The notes under the pieces: generated by a model
Told to the model about the DNA's origin: nothing
Databases searched by the model: none
Seen by the model: only the letters and a program-made list of their open reading frames with translations
Assembly (NCBI GenBank): GCA_965153285.1
Contig: OZ229113.1
From: Podarcis tiliguerta
Lineage: Eukaryota
Direction: 5' to 3' (one strand)
DNA length: 64,000 nt
Program-made: the position numbers and the translations under genes
Part shown: positions 1 to 13,497 of the stretch, piece after piece
Numbering within the stretch: the first letter of the stretch is position 1
How the letters are laid out: each line of letters opens with the position of its first letter

Positions 1-1096
1 GAATGAATGCAATAATTACTGTAAGCAAGTCTGTTCATAGACGTTTCTGATCATAGCATTAAGTTCGCTTTTCCTTTGTTGGTGTCTGCAGATGAAGATT
101 AATGCATAGCAAGTGGCAAGGTCAAGTTCTTTTGTCTCTAGAGTCAGGAGAGAGAAAATACTGAAAGCACTTTGGACTAAAAAGAGCAACGCATTTAAGT
201 ATCAGCGCTGTTTATTTTTAGGTTTCTTTTCAGAGTGTTATTTATTGTCTAGCAGCCAATTTTCTTCTTCGGTTTTTGAAGCCCTGTTTTAACTTACCCA
301 ACCTTTATATGTAATTTTTAAAGGGATAAATAGATCCATTCATCCCATCTTAAGAACTGCAGATTCCAGTGGGTGGGCTGCATCAAAACTGGGTGTGCCG
401 CTCAAATGGACTGTAAAGCAGATTATGCAGGGCTGCTGATTGGGCTGAGCCACCTGGATGAGCTATGGGGCGGAGGTGGGTAATACGGGCTTCACTATCT
501 ACACACACTATAGGCACGATAGATGTCTGCTGAAGGTGTTGAGTCAAGTATAGTTGACATAAACTCTCAAATGGGAATGGGAGGGAATGTTTTCTTTCTA
601 AATTCCACGACTCATAGCCTTAACCTATGCCAGCAGCTCACCTTTTTAATTACTACAGCTTAGAGCATAGATTCCAGAACTGTGTTTTGCACGCCGGTGT
701 GTCATGAGAGGTGCTGGAATGTGCCCTGAAAACTTAATCCAGCACATTGAATGCATTGACTGTTCTGTGGCCTGTGGAGCAAGGAGGTCCCATAGTGAAG
801 CTTTGATCCTCCTCCTTTCCACCAAAATATGAACCGTGAGTCACCAAATCCCAAGGGAGGGGTGCAGCTGATAGGTATGGGTGAATTCTAGCACCGTCCA
901 GAAAACTCTGTCCTCCCAACCTTGAGCCCTGATGGAGTAACTAAAGGGTGGGAGACAAGAGGCTATATTAACTCGACTGCCCTGAAATTCCAAGGAGAAG
1001 ACCTGCCTATTGTTTTGGGAGCCGATTAAACATATGTGCAATGTATATGTAAAATTTAGACATATACATATACATATTAAGCACATATTAAATGTA

Positions 1097-1458
1097 AAAA
1101 GGTAAAGGTAAAGGTACCCCTGCCCGTACGGGCCAGTCTTGACAGACTCTAGGGTTGTGCGCCCATCTCACTCAAGAGGCCGGGGGCCAGCGCTGTCCGA
1201 AGACACTTCCGGGTCACGTGGCCAGCGTGACGAAGCTGCTCTGGTGAGCCAGAGCTGCACACAGAACGCCGTTTACCTTCCCGCTAGTAAGCGGTCCCTA
1301 TTTATCTACTTGCCCCCGGGGGTGCTTTCGAACTGCTAGGTTGGCAGGCACTGGGAGCAACGGGAGCGCACCCCGTCGCGGGGATTCGAACCGCCGACCT
1401 TTCGATCGGCAAGCCCTAGGCGCTGAGGCTTTTACCCACAGCACCACCCGCGTCCCTC
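1097..1458 (-). mobile_element. Full-length Sauria SINE
   Basis: tRNA-like head with B box (GGTTCGAATCC on -); (ACCTTT)n tail; 13-bp TSD CATATTAAATGTA at 1084-1096 and 1459-1471. Confidence 0.92.
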
Positions 1459-4400
1459 CATATTAAATGTACTTCTGGTTTTAGTCCAAAAAGGTGAATC
1501 CCACATATCAAAAGTGTGAAAAACCCTGCTCTAAAGACATTGCGCTATTCCACACGATATTCAAAAGCCAAACCAAAACAAGAGGGGATTTGCAACAGAA
1601 TGTTGCCGTGTGTAGTGGGGGGCTGCTATTATTGCACATGCTGGACTTCCTGTAATTGCTCTCTTGTGTCTGGGTGGTGCTGTTTTTGTTGCATAAGGAA
1701 AGGCACTCAGGTAATTGAGTTGACTATTAATATTATAGGATCACTCACATATTTTAAAAGCACTTTAGCAATCATTCAGAAATCTTTGCCCAAGGCATTT
1801 TATGTACATTACCACCATTGACAAGTTATGGTTTCCCCATTTTACTCCCTCCATCTAGTGTGAATGAAGGCACTCTTCACACCTGACTTCCTACCCCAGA
1901 TGCTAGTCAAGACTGCCCTGCAATAAAACTAGGACTCAGTTCAATAAAACAACAAAACAACAATTGGAAGTCAAACCAGAATTAGCTTAATTAAATATAT
2001 TTCAAGACAACAATCTGGATTTACATAATAAAGAACTAATAAGTCATTTCTTACAAGCATTGAAATGCAATATAACCAGAGACTGGAAATACCTTTTGCG
2101 CACAACAGACAATTGGTATAGACCAGTTTGAGAAACTGCCCTCCTTGAAAGATTATCCAATAAACTACTGTTGACACATGGACAGATTAAGAAAGATGGC
2201 TTTATACCAGTGTGGATTAATTTCAGAAAATGAACAATCCCCCATCAGCATTTTGCTCAATCTGGTTGATCTAAATTTAAATTTAAACATACATTATTAT
2301 ATTCACTTTGAATCCCTCCCCCCATTCATCAATATAGCAACACTTTATGTTGCTTCACTGGTAACATAAGAGGAAAAATGGTCATTACTCATACTTAATC
2401 TAAGCAAAACTACAAGGGCTCCTGATTAGGCATTTAGCTGCTGTGTGATGTTGACTGTTATCTGTTAACTTTGCTCTATCCTGTTTCCCCCTTTGTTTTT
2501 GTTTAAACCAATTAACAAAACAATAACTTATACATTGAACCATATGTTATAGATATTACTGCAAATTTATTATGCTATGTTTGTGATATACAAGTGGCAA
2601 GAGAAGACTTGGTCTATTTATTTGTATCATATATTATTCCTATGATCCTTGTTTACAGAACCCGATTGAAAATTATTATTATTTTATATATAGAAAACAC
2701 CTAGGATGTAATTCTGTTATAATGTAATTTGTGACTGGATGGCAGTGATAACCTTCAGCTTTATTTGACCATCTCCGACACTCCTTCATTCCTCTCCTCT
2801 CCCTTCTGATATTTTTCTTCAGGATTGTATGCCAATTTTTCTAATCACTTCATTGCTCTTTTTTGATGAGAAAGCTGCATTTAGTATTACAACCATATAC
2901 AAGCAAGGAAAATAATTTAGCTTGGAAAAGAGTGCATGTAACCTAGAGAGTCTGTGTGCATTGTCAAAATGTCAAAACAGCTATGATACAAGATAATGTC
3001 TGACTTCCAAGCAGTGTGGAAAAAAATCTGACACCTGAAGAGCTAGTCATATACATGATATGTGCACCCTTTTTAATCTTTGTTGGAAGAATGTGAAATA
3101 TTTCCAAATTAACATCCCAAAAATGCATTGGGGCAGACATGGATTGAAGAAAAATGTTCGCTGTCTGCTTAGACTGATAGCTATTCCACTTTGGAGTTAT
3201 AATTGCCTAAGGGTGTGTGTATGAGTAGCGGGGAGAGGGCCCTGCCGATTGTTAAGTGCCAAACTACATGTTGCAATGGAGAAGAGAAGATGTAGAATTA
3301 AACAGCAGCTAGCTGAAATGCATGAGTCCATTTCTTCATGAGTCTCAGGCCTAGTCATTTTATCCATGGCACTGCAGACCAGATGTCGTTTTCTTGTCTT
3401 TGTGGCCTAATCCACATGGTAAGCCGTGAACAGTGTGCTTATTTGGTGACAGCCACCATGTGGACCAATGGCACCTGTAAGGGTCATGTGCTCACGACGT
3501 AGATCCTAAAATGAAGTTGGGCTTCATGCTAAATATACACACCTAGATGGCACCACTGAAAACAGTTAGACTTACCGGTACTTCTAAGAAGACATGCATT
3601 GCACTGTTACAGTCTTGATGTTTCAGAGTCTTTAGTATTTGTGGCACCACATTTTTATTCTATTACAGCGTCTTCGGGGACTAAAATAATCCGTCTCAGA
3701 GCCACAGGTCACATCATAATAGAGTGTCATGGCCATTCTAAAAGCATCCTCAATGTGTTTAGCCAAACTAATTACAACTCTTCATGATCAAGTTTGGAGA
3801 GAGGAAACATTTTGTCAATTTGAAGAGGAAGCCAGCTAACCGGTGTAGCACTGTCTAGCCCAGTCTTCCCCAATCAGGTGCTCTCCAGATGTTTTGTTCC
3901 TATCAGCTCGGGGAAGGCTGGGCTAGGCTATCTGATGCCACCAGGAACTCCTGCTTCCCTGCATCAGAGTACATTTCCCCATTTTTAAAAAGCCGCCCCA
4001 CCAAAAAAAGACAAATTAATTGATAAACACATGTTGTGCTCCCCCCTCCACAAAGCATGGGAGTTGGGAGAGGGAAGGACTGATTTGCAGACACCTGTCT
4101 CTTCGGCTGCAAAGCTGGGAGAAAGCCAGGCTAGTCTGGTGGGTGAGGGATGCGTTACGTTATGAGCTCTCTCTTCATACGATGCCTGTCTTGACCCTAA
4201 CAGGAACTCTCGGACTATTCACAGCACAGCTTGTGTTGGAGACAATGGATACAGAGAGTTACTAATAGAGCATGACTTCCCTATTGATGTTGTGCTGAAG
4301 ATGTGGCTCTTGAAACAAAGGCAGACTCATGTGGTGGCACCTTATAATGAAATGTTTCTGAGCTTGTTTCTGTCTCAGTTCGGCAAGGGAGATGTGTGCA

Positions 4401-4914
4401 CAGAAGTGCTGCATGCCTCGTAAGCTGTGTCAGATCAGTGCTGTTTTTGCTAGACTGAGCACCTATTTGGAGAGTGGGGCTGCTCTATTTAGTGTCCTTC
4501 TCCTTCCCCCTCCCCAGCAGTTGAGTGGCGCTGTTACACACCATCTCTTTCCTTGGGAGACAGATTTGTGTGCAGAGCCTTATGAACAGCCTACAGCTTC
4601 AGGCTGGGATTTGTGAATCTGCAGGATAAGAACTTTTCAGAGTTGACACCCATCCCTGGGGAAAATAAGCAGCCAGTGTCCTTGGCATATCTAGACCTAT
4701 TCCATTGCCTAATATGGAGAATGGTATCTTGACGGGAATATTCAGGGTGGGGAGTGAAATGTGTTATCTGGCAGTTAATAATGGTTTAGGGGTTTTTTTG
4801 TCTTACCTAAAGTTGGTTAACCATTTTGCCTCACCCAATGAATAATGCTTCTGTTGATGTCAAGTGCTTTAAAATATTAGCATATAATATATTTTCTTTT
4901 CTTAAAATTTGCAG

Positions 4915-4983
4915 TTCCCAAATTCATATTTGCAGCAGTTGATCCAATGGTTAATCTAAACCCTTCTTGGAAGCCAAAAGAAG
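4915..4983 (+). CDS. EVA1C: EVA1C internal exon (VPKFIFAAVDPMVNLNPSWKPKE); alternative donor after 4992 adds GEY
   Basis: tttgcAG acceptor at 4913-4914; AAG|GTGAAT donor; phase 1/1; peptide resembles the EVA1C juxtamembrane region; not in the ORF track. Confidence 0.85.
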
Positions 4984-5448
4984 GTGAATATGGTCATTTT
5001 TATGGATCGCTACCAGCATTTGTCTTTTAAGTAAGACCCTACAATGGTTTGATCATAAAACATGTAAAAAATAGAATAGACTACCAACCAAGTGAAATGA
5101 GACCTTAGCAGGCATTTCAAATCTAGGTGGCAGAAAACATCAGGTTCAGTTGCTAGCATTGCCAGATAAAATGGTATCAGGACAAACACATTTTTTCCTA
5201 GAGTTAGGCCTCTTGAATTAAATGATTCATTAACATCTTTAGGATAAAGTTACTTTTTAAAAAAGAACTCGTATTTGACTTGAGATCACAGAGAATCATG
5301 GGGATTTTAAAATTAAGAGCTCCTTTTGGGTAGGATATAAAAAAGTCATTTGGTTAACTTACACACACATTTTCTAACAATTTTTAAAGTACTTTGCTGG
5401 CCCTCAACTGTGATCTAATCTAACAAACCTCTCATTTGTTTTTATCAG

Positions 5449-5538
5449 GTATAAATTTTGACCCAAAAGAATCAAGATTTCCAAAGAAAGAAGGAATTAT
5501 AGTTAGCAACAGTTTGGCTATGTTTGCTTACATTAAAG
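5449..5538 (+). CDS. EVA1C: EVA1C penultimate exon (GINFDPKESRFPKKEGIIVSNSLAMFAYIK)
   Basis: tatcAG acceptor, AAG|GTAGA donor, 90 nt phase 1/1; SNSLAxFAYI motif of the EVA1/FAM176 family. Confidence 0.92.
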
Positions 5539-6169
5539 GTAGAAATTGTGTGTTTTGTTTCCTTGCATTCTTCTTACCAGTAATCCTGTTGAGTATAATT
5601 ATACTGTTCCAGTACAGAAAATTAAATCCATGTATAGACCATGGCTGCAGTCTATAGAGTCTGCACATTTAGAAGGACATCAGGTGGACACTTTTTGATA
5701 TGTAGGGATGAGGGAGAAAATCAGTTCCATTGGTATTTAAATGAGAACCTACCAAATGCACATTTCTTGAAACAAAGCACAGCCATTTTTCGAAATCCTG
5801 AACTGCCAACTGCTGAAGAGAACTGTGCTGGTCTCAGATTTTGTAAACTCAAAAGAGTTGTGCTTGTTCAAAAGCCTCCCTGCCTTTTATCCATACCTAC
5901 AGGTCCCTTGCTGTGGTGCTGTAGTGCTAAAGGATTTTGACACCCCCACCCACCCAAGACTCCCAAACTTTTGACATTTTGTCTACACCCATTTTGATCA
6001 GCAGCCCTTAGAGGGTTGACCATGGGTAGCCCTTGCCCTGTATGTACCCAATGTTGCCCTTAGCCACCCCGTTTTAGTGAACTTTGGTTGACTGCTTTTC
6101 ATTGCTGTTCGGATGTTTTTATCTTTCTGATTTCTGCTGCTCTGTTCTTTCTTTTAAAATGCTTGTTTG

Positions 6170-6355
6170 TTTATCACCATATTTCTATCCCACCTTTCTT
6201 CTAAGGAGTTGGAGGTGGCATACACACATCTCCCCTCCCCACGGTACCCTTACAATGACCTGGCGAGGTAGGTTAGACTAGGAGATGGGAACTAGCCTAA
6301 GATCCTTCAGGGAGCTTCAGTACTGAGTGGGCATTTGGATCCTGGTCTCTAAGGT
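6170..6355 (-). mobile_element. Old MIR/Squam-type SINE remnant (similar piece ~14135-14250)
   Basis: Recognisable degenerate SINE core (acaat/aac…gaggtaggtt…gagtggg..tttg.a.c); boundaries approximate. Confidence 0.5.
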
Positions 6356-7468
6356 CTCACATTGCCTTTAGTGTTTTATTGTATTTTAAACCAATGTATT
6401 TCTGCCCTCCTAACCTGACCCGGAAGCCTCCTTTAACTATTTTGAATGGCAGGAAATAAACCCGGAATGGGGGACCTGTGGCCTTCCAGACATTGCTCTA
6501 AACTCCCTTCCCCTTTGACCAACTATGGGAGTTGACATCCAGAGGGATACAGGCTCACTATCCCTCATATAAATGTTTTAAATAAAGAAATAGAATCTTC
6601 CTAGGCCCATAGACTCTGACAGCTGCTCATTTCAGATCGTTCTATGGAGATTTGCAATCACATCTTAAAGTAATTTGGATGCAGTTTATCTAGAGCTGCC
6701 TTATGTAACATTAATGCTGTTTTCTATGAACCTGCTTGGTTCTGTCTCTGTCTGCATTGACCAGAATGCCACACATTAATAGACCAATGTGCTATACAGA
6801 TGACAGATACATTGTTGTGCTGCTTTCTTAGCATGCTATGGGTGTGGGTCAGAGGGGGGGCAATAACATGTGGTTATCCCTAATGGCGGGTTAAAAGTGC
6901 TTGCTTTGAAGAGGTAAAATGCGCTTTTAGGATTAAGTGCTTTGGGATGATCATTAGAACTGTACAGGTAGGATTTAGAACAGAGATACTCAGATATTGT
7001 TGCATGGTCTTTGAAGCCAAATAGTACAAATGCCAAAAGTAAAGAACTAACAATAGCTGGCGAACCTTTCCAGAAATAGGCAGCTCTGAGGCAAACAGCT
7101 TTTCAGCAGCAAAGCTTCCCCTCTGCTTTCCCCCTAGAGCAGCCAGCTTCCTAGTGAGTCACACATTTGGCTGAAGTATGGTACCGCCTACACCAGGAGA
7201 GACGCACTTGAAGATCTAGCCTTAGGCTTTAAGGATTATGGTGCCCAGACTTAGACGGCTCAGCTGTCTCCCTGTGCCATGGTGCTTTGTGGTCAAGCAG
7301 GCAGGATCAGCTAGCCAGAGACAAGTTAGCAGCGCCTGGTGAACCTTGTAGGCTTGGACTGGCACAATAGGACAGGGCCTTTTCAGAAATGAAGATCTTT
7401 CATCTCTACCCCCTTGTCTGGCCCTCCCTTTATAACCCTTTAGTCTGGGATTTTGTTTCTAATTTCAG

Positions 7469-7914
7469 ATCACCCTGAAAGAGCTGCTCTCTTGTTTGTG
7501 TCTAGTGTTTGTGTTGGCCTCGTGCTCACACTCTGTGCTCTGGTGGTCCATGTGTCATGCTCTAATGACCTGGAAAAACTGCGGAGGGTCAGAAAGCGCT
7601 TGATACCAGAGGACAAAAAGGCTGATGAAAACAGTGAAGAGGAGGAGGAGGAGGAAGAAGACGACGATGACGAGGAGCAGGAAGAGGAGAGAGAGGAGTC
7701 TTCCAGTTCTGATTTTCCCGATGAACTAGCAGGGTTCTGCAGGACTTCCTATTCAGCTTATTGTTCAATGGACCCAGCTGAACTTGCTGAAAGGATAGAG
7801 CGGAGAGAACAGATCATCCAGGAAATCTGGATGAGCAGTGGGTTGGATGCATCTCCTACTCGAAGCCTCAGTCCATTTTATACCAATGAACAGCAATGCA
7901 TTTGTTTTGGATGA
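7469..7914 (+). CDS. EVA1C: EVA1C last coding exon: TM helix, acidic tract, AELAERIERREQIIQEIW motif, stop
   Basis: tttcAG acceptor; HPERAALLFVSSVCVGLVLTLCALV and ERREQIIQEIW are FAM176-domain hallmarks; synteny with CFAP298/SYNJ1. Confidence 0.95.
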
Positions 7915-7930
7915 AAAACGCTATTTTTGC

Positions 7931-7936
7931 AATAAA
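7931..7936 (+). terminator. Candidate EVA1C poly(A) signal (others at 8557-8562 and 8651-8656)
   Basis: AATAAA hexamers downstream of the stop; which one is used is unknown. Confidence 0.35.
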
Positions 7937-9292
7937 AAAGAAGAAAAGAAAGGAGGAAAGATGTACTTTCTGTGAAGGGACATTTGCAACTCCTAGAAAT
8001 AATTATTTGCAAAGTTATATTATTAATAATTATAATAATTAAATGCTTTAAAATATGTGTATGTTGCATATGCTGACTTTATGCCTCTGATTAATTGTAC
8101 ATTATCATTCTATCTAAACCATTTCTGTTTGAAAATGAATGACCGTATTAAAAACCAGCAGAACACACATTTCCACTAAGGAAATTACATTTCTGAAAGG
8201 TACTGAAGATAAAAAGAGAGGCCACTGCAGAACTAAATGGGTCACTTTGCAGACTTCTTTTCAAAATAACCTTTAGAAAAATCCCGTATGGTATGGGCCA
8301 ATCAAATCTAAAGTTAAATCAGAAATTATTCCTTTAGAGAAGAATGTCTCCCACATTTAGTCACAATCTGTAGGGAACTAGAAGAACAAAAGGAGGAAAA
8401 ATGTCACTTCCTACTTGTGATACTTAGGAGTTGTCCGTTCTTTCGCTATGCAGAACTCACACATTAATGTAGTAGCATAAAGTATACTGGGGTGGAGTGG
8501 ACTTTGGCTTTTCATTTCCTATTGTTTTAAAGGAAAATTGGAGCTTGGGAAAAATTAATAAAAGGGAACATTTCCCAATTACTAATTAGTGAGCTCATAC
8601 TGAATCAGAAAACCTTCAGCCTGATTCATTTCCTAGTAAGTCAGGAAGCTAATAAACTTGCCAAGAAGTCCTTAAAAAAATAGAAGAATCAAAGAATTGG
8701 AAAGGACAGAAAAGCAGACTACTGCAAGGCCAGAAAATGCATTTATAACCCCCACCCACAATGGACTGATCCAGACTGCATGTCACCAGCAGAGCAGGCA
8801 CACAGTGAGAAGGTGTTTACTGAGCAATAGCTGGGGGGGGGGGGGGGGAGGAATCATGCAAATTTATCCAACAAAGACACAGTTCAAACACTTACTAAGC
8901 AAGTGTTATAACTAGCCAAACCAAGAGGCAGAGAAAGACATATTAGATCTGCTCCTCCTTCTGTTCCTTTCTCCAACCAATAGGATCTGGGTTGCCCTGC
9001 CAACTTGTCCTTTGGTGCTGCTGTTTTGACCCCAGGTCAGTCATCTGTCACCTATTAGGGGACTGACCTGTTGTTTCACTGAAATCTTAGTGGATCAGCA
9101 GAGGCCAGGGTGCGCACCACATCACCACCACATGTGAAGTGCTGCTTCTGGGGGTGCCTAAACTGCTCTACCATGATATACATTTTAAGAGTCTACTCTT
9201 ATGTCGGTAGCGTTAGTTTTTGTGGCCCAGGATATCATTAGATTTACTGGCAAAATCAGTTAGCTGGAATTTAGGTTTAATATTATGCGTAC

Positions 9293-9468
9293 CAGTGGTG
9301 GGGCTGGGGAGGCCATAACCCTGGGCATGTTTTTTTGAGGGAGCGTGACCAGGCACCCCCACAAGAGGATCATGGAGGCAGCGAGAGGCTGCAACGTGCG
9401 AGGTGCCCAGCCCCTGACACCCTCAGGGGCGCGGCCCCAAGTGTAGTTTAGCTTAGACTCCACCACTG
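9293..9468. mobile_element. Degenerate hAT-like MITE
   Basis: TIRs CAGTGGTGG / CCACCACTG; flanks ATGCGTAC and ATGCTTGG only partly match. Confidence 0.5.
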
Positions 9469-11446
9469 ATGCTTGGAGCTATTCTGCTCCAAAATATCTA
9501 GTTCTGAAACTGAAACCTGGAATTCGTTCAATAAATCTGCCTCATGTAAAACTGAGTTTCATAACTTTCCCAGCATTGCCAAAGTTCATTAATTAGTAGC
9601 ATGTAGACTTACAAGCTTATCCTGTGTAAGAATGGTTGCATTTTCACTGCCTGGCAAAATCCGGATTCCCTGGCATATATGTATCCTGATGAGTGGAGGC
9701 TGGTCTATGAGGGAAAATGGGGCACTACCCCACCAACCTCAATTCTGACACCAGTCAACTCCTACCTGCTTGTCTTCTTACTTACCTGTCCAAAGGATGG
9801 CACTGTCTTCTTCTTGCTTAGTCTCTGTGCCACCTCTTGTAGAAGACAGCAGGGAGGATGGGGACAAGTATAACTCATTGGCTGTATCTATTGGCTCTGG
9901 CTCCACCTACTGTTGGTCTCCCTACTTTCCACCCTATCAGCCCCAATGGGCACCAGACACCCTTATTATGCACGTGGTTTGTAGTGTGTACACGTTACAT
10001 TTTCTGGGATAAAGATCAATGGTTTTGAGTATACTTTTAAAAATGCAGTTTGTAAAGAAGTCCCTAGAAGCATTCTAAATTAAACAGTAAATAAAGGGAG
10101 AGGAGCTGGGGCAGAGGGGGGAAAAGGAATAACTTTTATGAAATGTCCTGAAAAATTGTCAACTTGCAGAAAATGAGAAGCCTATTGGAAAGTCCTGCTT
10201 TGAATTTTTGTTTTGTTTTGTTACTGTTTTAGCTCTGAGGAAGAAATCTGTGGTAGTTGGATATCAGCAGGATGCAAATACTGAAACAACAAGAATGATA
10301 AAGTTGCCAGTATCTTAAAAACAAAAAACAAATCTAAAGTCAAAGGATACAGTTGCACAAGGGGGCACACAGTGTCACTCTAAAGGTAAGGACTTCCAAA
10401 GATAACAAGAAAGAAGAGGCTTAGCAGTGCGTTTTGTATGCTCAAATACAGTGGCATTGCTTAAGAAACAAATACTATAAACATGGCTTGCAAGTTACAT
10501 GTGTCCTAAAAACATCTACCGGTACCTATTAGGGTCATCTTACCTTCTTACTTTATGTTTAATGACACTACATTCTGTTACAACAAATAACTTTTAGTAT
10601 TTGTGGTTCAATGTAAACTTTTAATGGAGATCAGTTCTTTTTAAAATTATATCATTTGCCCCTTTGAATAGCTAGGCCACCTAGGAATCAAATGTTTCCT
10701 ATTGGGACTGCCCATTCTAAGGATGAAAAAGAAGTTGAAAATTAATCCTTTTTGAAACCCAAGCCTTTTATCCAAACTCATTCAGCTGTTGCATGTACAA
10801 CATTTCTCTGAGGCCCAAAGCATGCAGCTGCACCTCGGAGGTTTTTCAGGACGCTATTGTGATCAGCCAGCCAAGGCACTGCTGTTTGAAAGGTGTGGTA
10901 AAGATGACAATGGGAAAGGTGTGGCATCACATTAAAGCAACCTTGAGGTTTCCTTTCACTCCTGCGAGGACCTGAAACAGTTGGAAAAATATAAAATGGG
11001 GGTGTCAAGGAGGGAGGTGGATTGGAAACGGAAATGCCTTCGAAGCCAGTCAACTGGCTTGACTCAAGCACTGTGAAGTGCCTAGGTCTGCCTTGTAACA
11101 CAATCTATTCTACTGTAACATAGCTGAGCACCATAGACAAACTTGGATGCTTTCCTTCCAAGTAACACAATGAAAGCCGTTTGGTAACTGAAAGGACTTG
11201 CTCCAAAGCGCCATTGACATTGAAAGGATGGAATGACTTTGATGGTGGTGTTTGTTGTTTTTAAGATTAGATTCCTTCTATGACTCAAAGTTGTTTTTAA
11301 TGTGTGTGGGGTTTTTTAAAAAAAAGTTCACTGAAGTTTTTACTGGTTCTGCTTCACAGAGAATCCTCTCTCAAACTGAAAGAATGTACAGCTCTTAAAG
11401 GAACACTGAATTAAGCTGCATAATGGAATCAATTAGAAATGGAGGG

Positions 11447-11864
11447 TAGGAATGGAGGAGAAATTCGATTCAGTTGGTATTTAAAGCTGAATCTATTGAA
11501 TTCACACTTTCTAGAACAATATGCAAACCAAAATACAGCTATTCTTTGAAATTCACTCTTACCCAAATTTTGTAATGCAGTTCTTCAAACAAGCAATGTC
11601 TACAAAAATGAATATATTAGGGGAAAGTGTGCATACAAATGAAGGTATCGGTGAAAGTAGCATAGAAAGGTGCCTTATATTTGAAAAGTTTGCTTGCAAA
11701 AATGTGTACATTAGTCAAAACTGCATATGAAATGTGTCTAGAGAAATTTGCACAAAATGCTGATGAATCCTCAAAAGCTTTTTCTTTAAATGCAAATTGC
11801 TGCAAAATGTGAAGAACTGAAGTTAGTATTGGAAAACTAAGAAACTGAGATCTTTCCATACCTA
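11447..11864. mobile_element. Non-autonomous DNA transposon (hAT-like, TAGG… TIRs)
   Basis: TAGGAATGGAGGAG … CTTTCCATACCTA imperfect TIRs; AT-rich body. Confidence 0.5.
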
Positions 11865-13350
11865 ATGATGGATATGTTGATTGCCCACACAGTAACTTAG
11901 TTCTATAGCAGATGGTAGTGGGGATGAGGCAGGACTGCGGATTAGCTCTTTGAAGGAGTCATTAGTGGTACTGTACATCCACTGAAATTAATGGCACTAA
12001 TTTAATTTCAGTGGGTCTACCTAGAGTAAAACTTAGTTGAATGCCATCTATTACTCCTATCTGCAGATGGATGATATCCCACTTTCCTGGCCCCACAAGA
12101 ACCTCCACTTTCTTCTCATATAGGGTACACTGTATTAGTATCAGCACGGGCAGACATAGAATAATTCATCCAAATTTCAATCTCACAAAATATCCTATGT
12201 ACCTATAGCATTGAAGGGAGAGTGGAATGCATTACTAATACCCAAAGTCCCCTCCTCCATAACATTCAGATGACCACAGGCAAGTAGTTAAAATCAGTAA
12301 ATGCCCACATGGATTTCTCAGTAAAATACTACTGTACTGAAAAGTTATAAATGGGGAACTTTTTAAAGGAGTTAATTAAACTTCAATTTATTATTTATGT
12401 TTCCTTGTAAGTTCTCTCCCTCCCACATTATAATCTTGGGATAAGAAATTAAAAGTGTGCTTTTTTTCCTTGTGAGGGAAGTGCCAAGTTTCCTCATTTC
12501 TCTGTAAACTTCCTCATTCCAAGTGCCCAAAATTTATTGCAGTACAGCATGTACTTGTTGGTGTACAATGAAAGGCAAGTCATGTCCTTGAAGCTGACAA
12601 GCAGCATTTGTATTGTAAAGTATGTACTAATTCTGTCATGCATGTTTGTTTTTGCTTCATCTCAGCTATGCTTTTTAATAGTATGCTTTTGTCCATGGTA
12701 TTGTATGGCAGAAAGAGACAGTACATCAAGAATTAATCTCTAGGTCACTTTGCATTTGATCTTCAAGGGTTTCCAATTCCCTTCTAAATTAGGCGACTTA
12801 AATGAAGAAAGTAGGGTGCATGCACAGACCAGGAGTGGCTTTTTGAGTGACAGAATTGGGAGCTGTGCTTAGACACTGTAAACAAAGTTAGAATCCCTGC
12901 TCTATAATAACATCAGCTGGCTGGAACTGATGGGAGTTGTAGTCCAAAACGTCTGGAAGGCACCAGATTGGAAAAGGCTGTTCTAGACCTTCCAGCTAGT
13001 AACAGCAACTTCCTGTAGCCACCTTACCTCTTGAACACCCTCCCTGGCATCCGATCTCCTCCTCAGTCAACCTCCATCCTCTCCTTAAGTGTTGTGCCAT
13101 TTCTTCAGTCTTCCCTAATTCAAGTTGCCTGCTACTCCTCCAGGTTTTATTTTCTTAGCCCAATCCTTCCTCTAACTTCCTTGTCTCCACCTGTTTGTCC
13201 CTTAAATTCCCTACATGCCCAGACCTCTTTTCACTCCTCAACCTGCCTGTGTGAGGTTTAATCCTAGCCAACCTGACTTTTCCTTGCTTTCCAGAGAGCA
13301 CTGTAAACTGCTTAATACCCTCAGCGACTGAACATTCTGTATCACTAGGT

Positions 13351-13497
13351 GACCAGAGCACGCCAGGCATTCCTATCTTCCACTGCCTCCCACAGTTTGA
13401 CCAAACGGCGGGAGGCAGTGGAAGACAGGAATGCCTGGCGTGCTCTGGTCCATGGGATCACGAAGAGTCAGACACGACTAAATGACTAAACAACAAC
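13351..13497 (+). mobile_element. BovB (RTE) LINE 3' end with 5' inverted duplication
   Basis: …CCTGGCGTGCTCTGGTCCATGGGATCACGAAGAGTCAGACACGACT…(CAA)n tail; TSD AGGTGACC at 13347-13354 and 13498-13505. Confidence 0.85.

Noticed and set aside
8833-8850. Long G homopolymers (also ~17627, 22190, 23035, 43005)
   Set aside because: Simple mononucleotide runs with unreliable length; no evidence of function
8896-8911. 16-nt exon-like segment on - strand
   Set aside because: Too short, with weak context; shows that pseudo-exons arise by chance here
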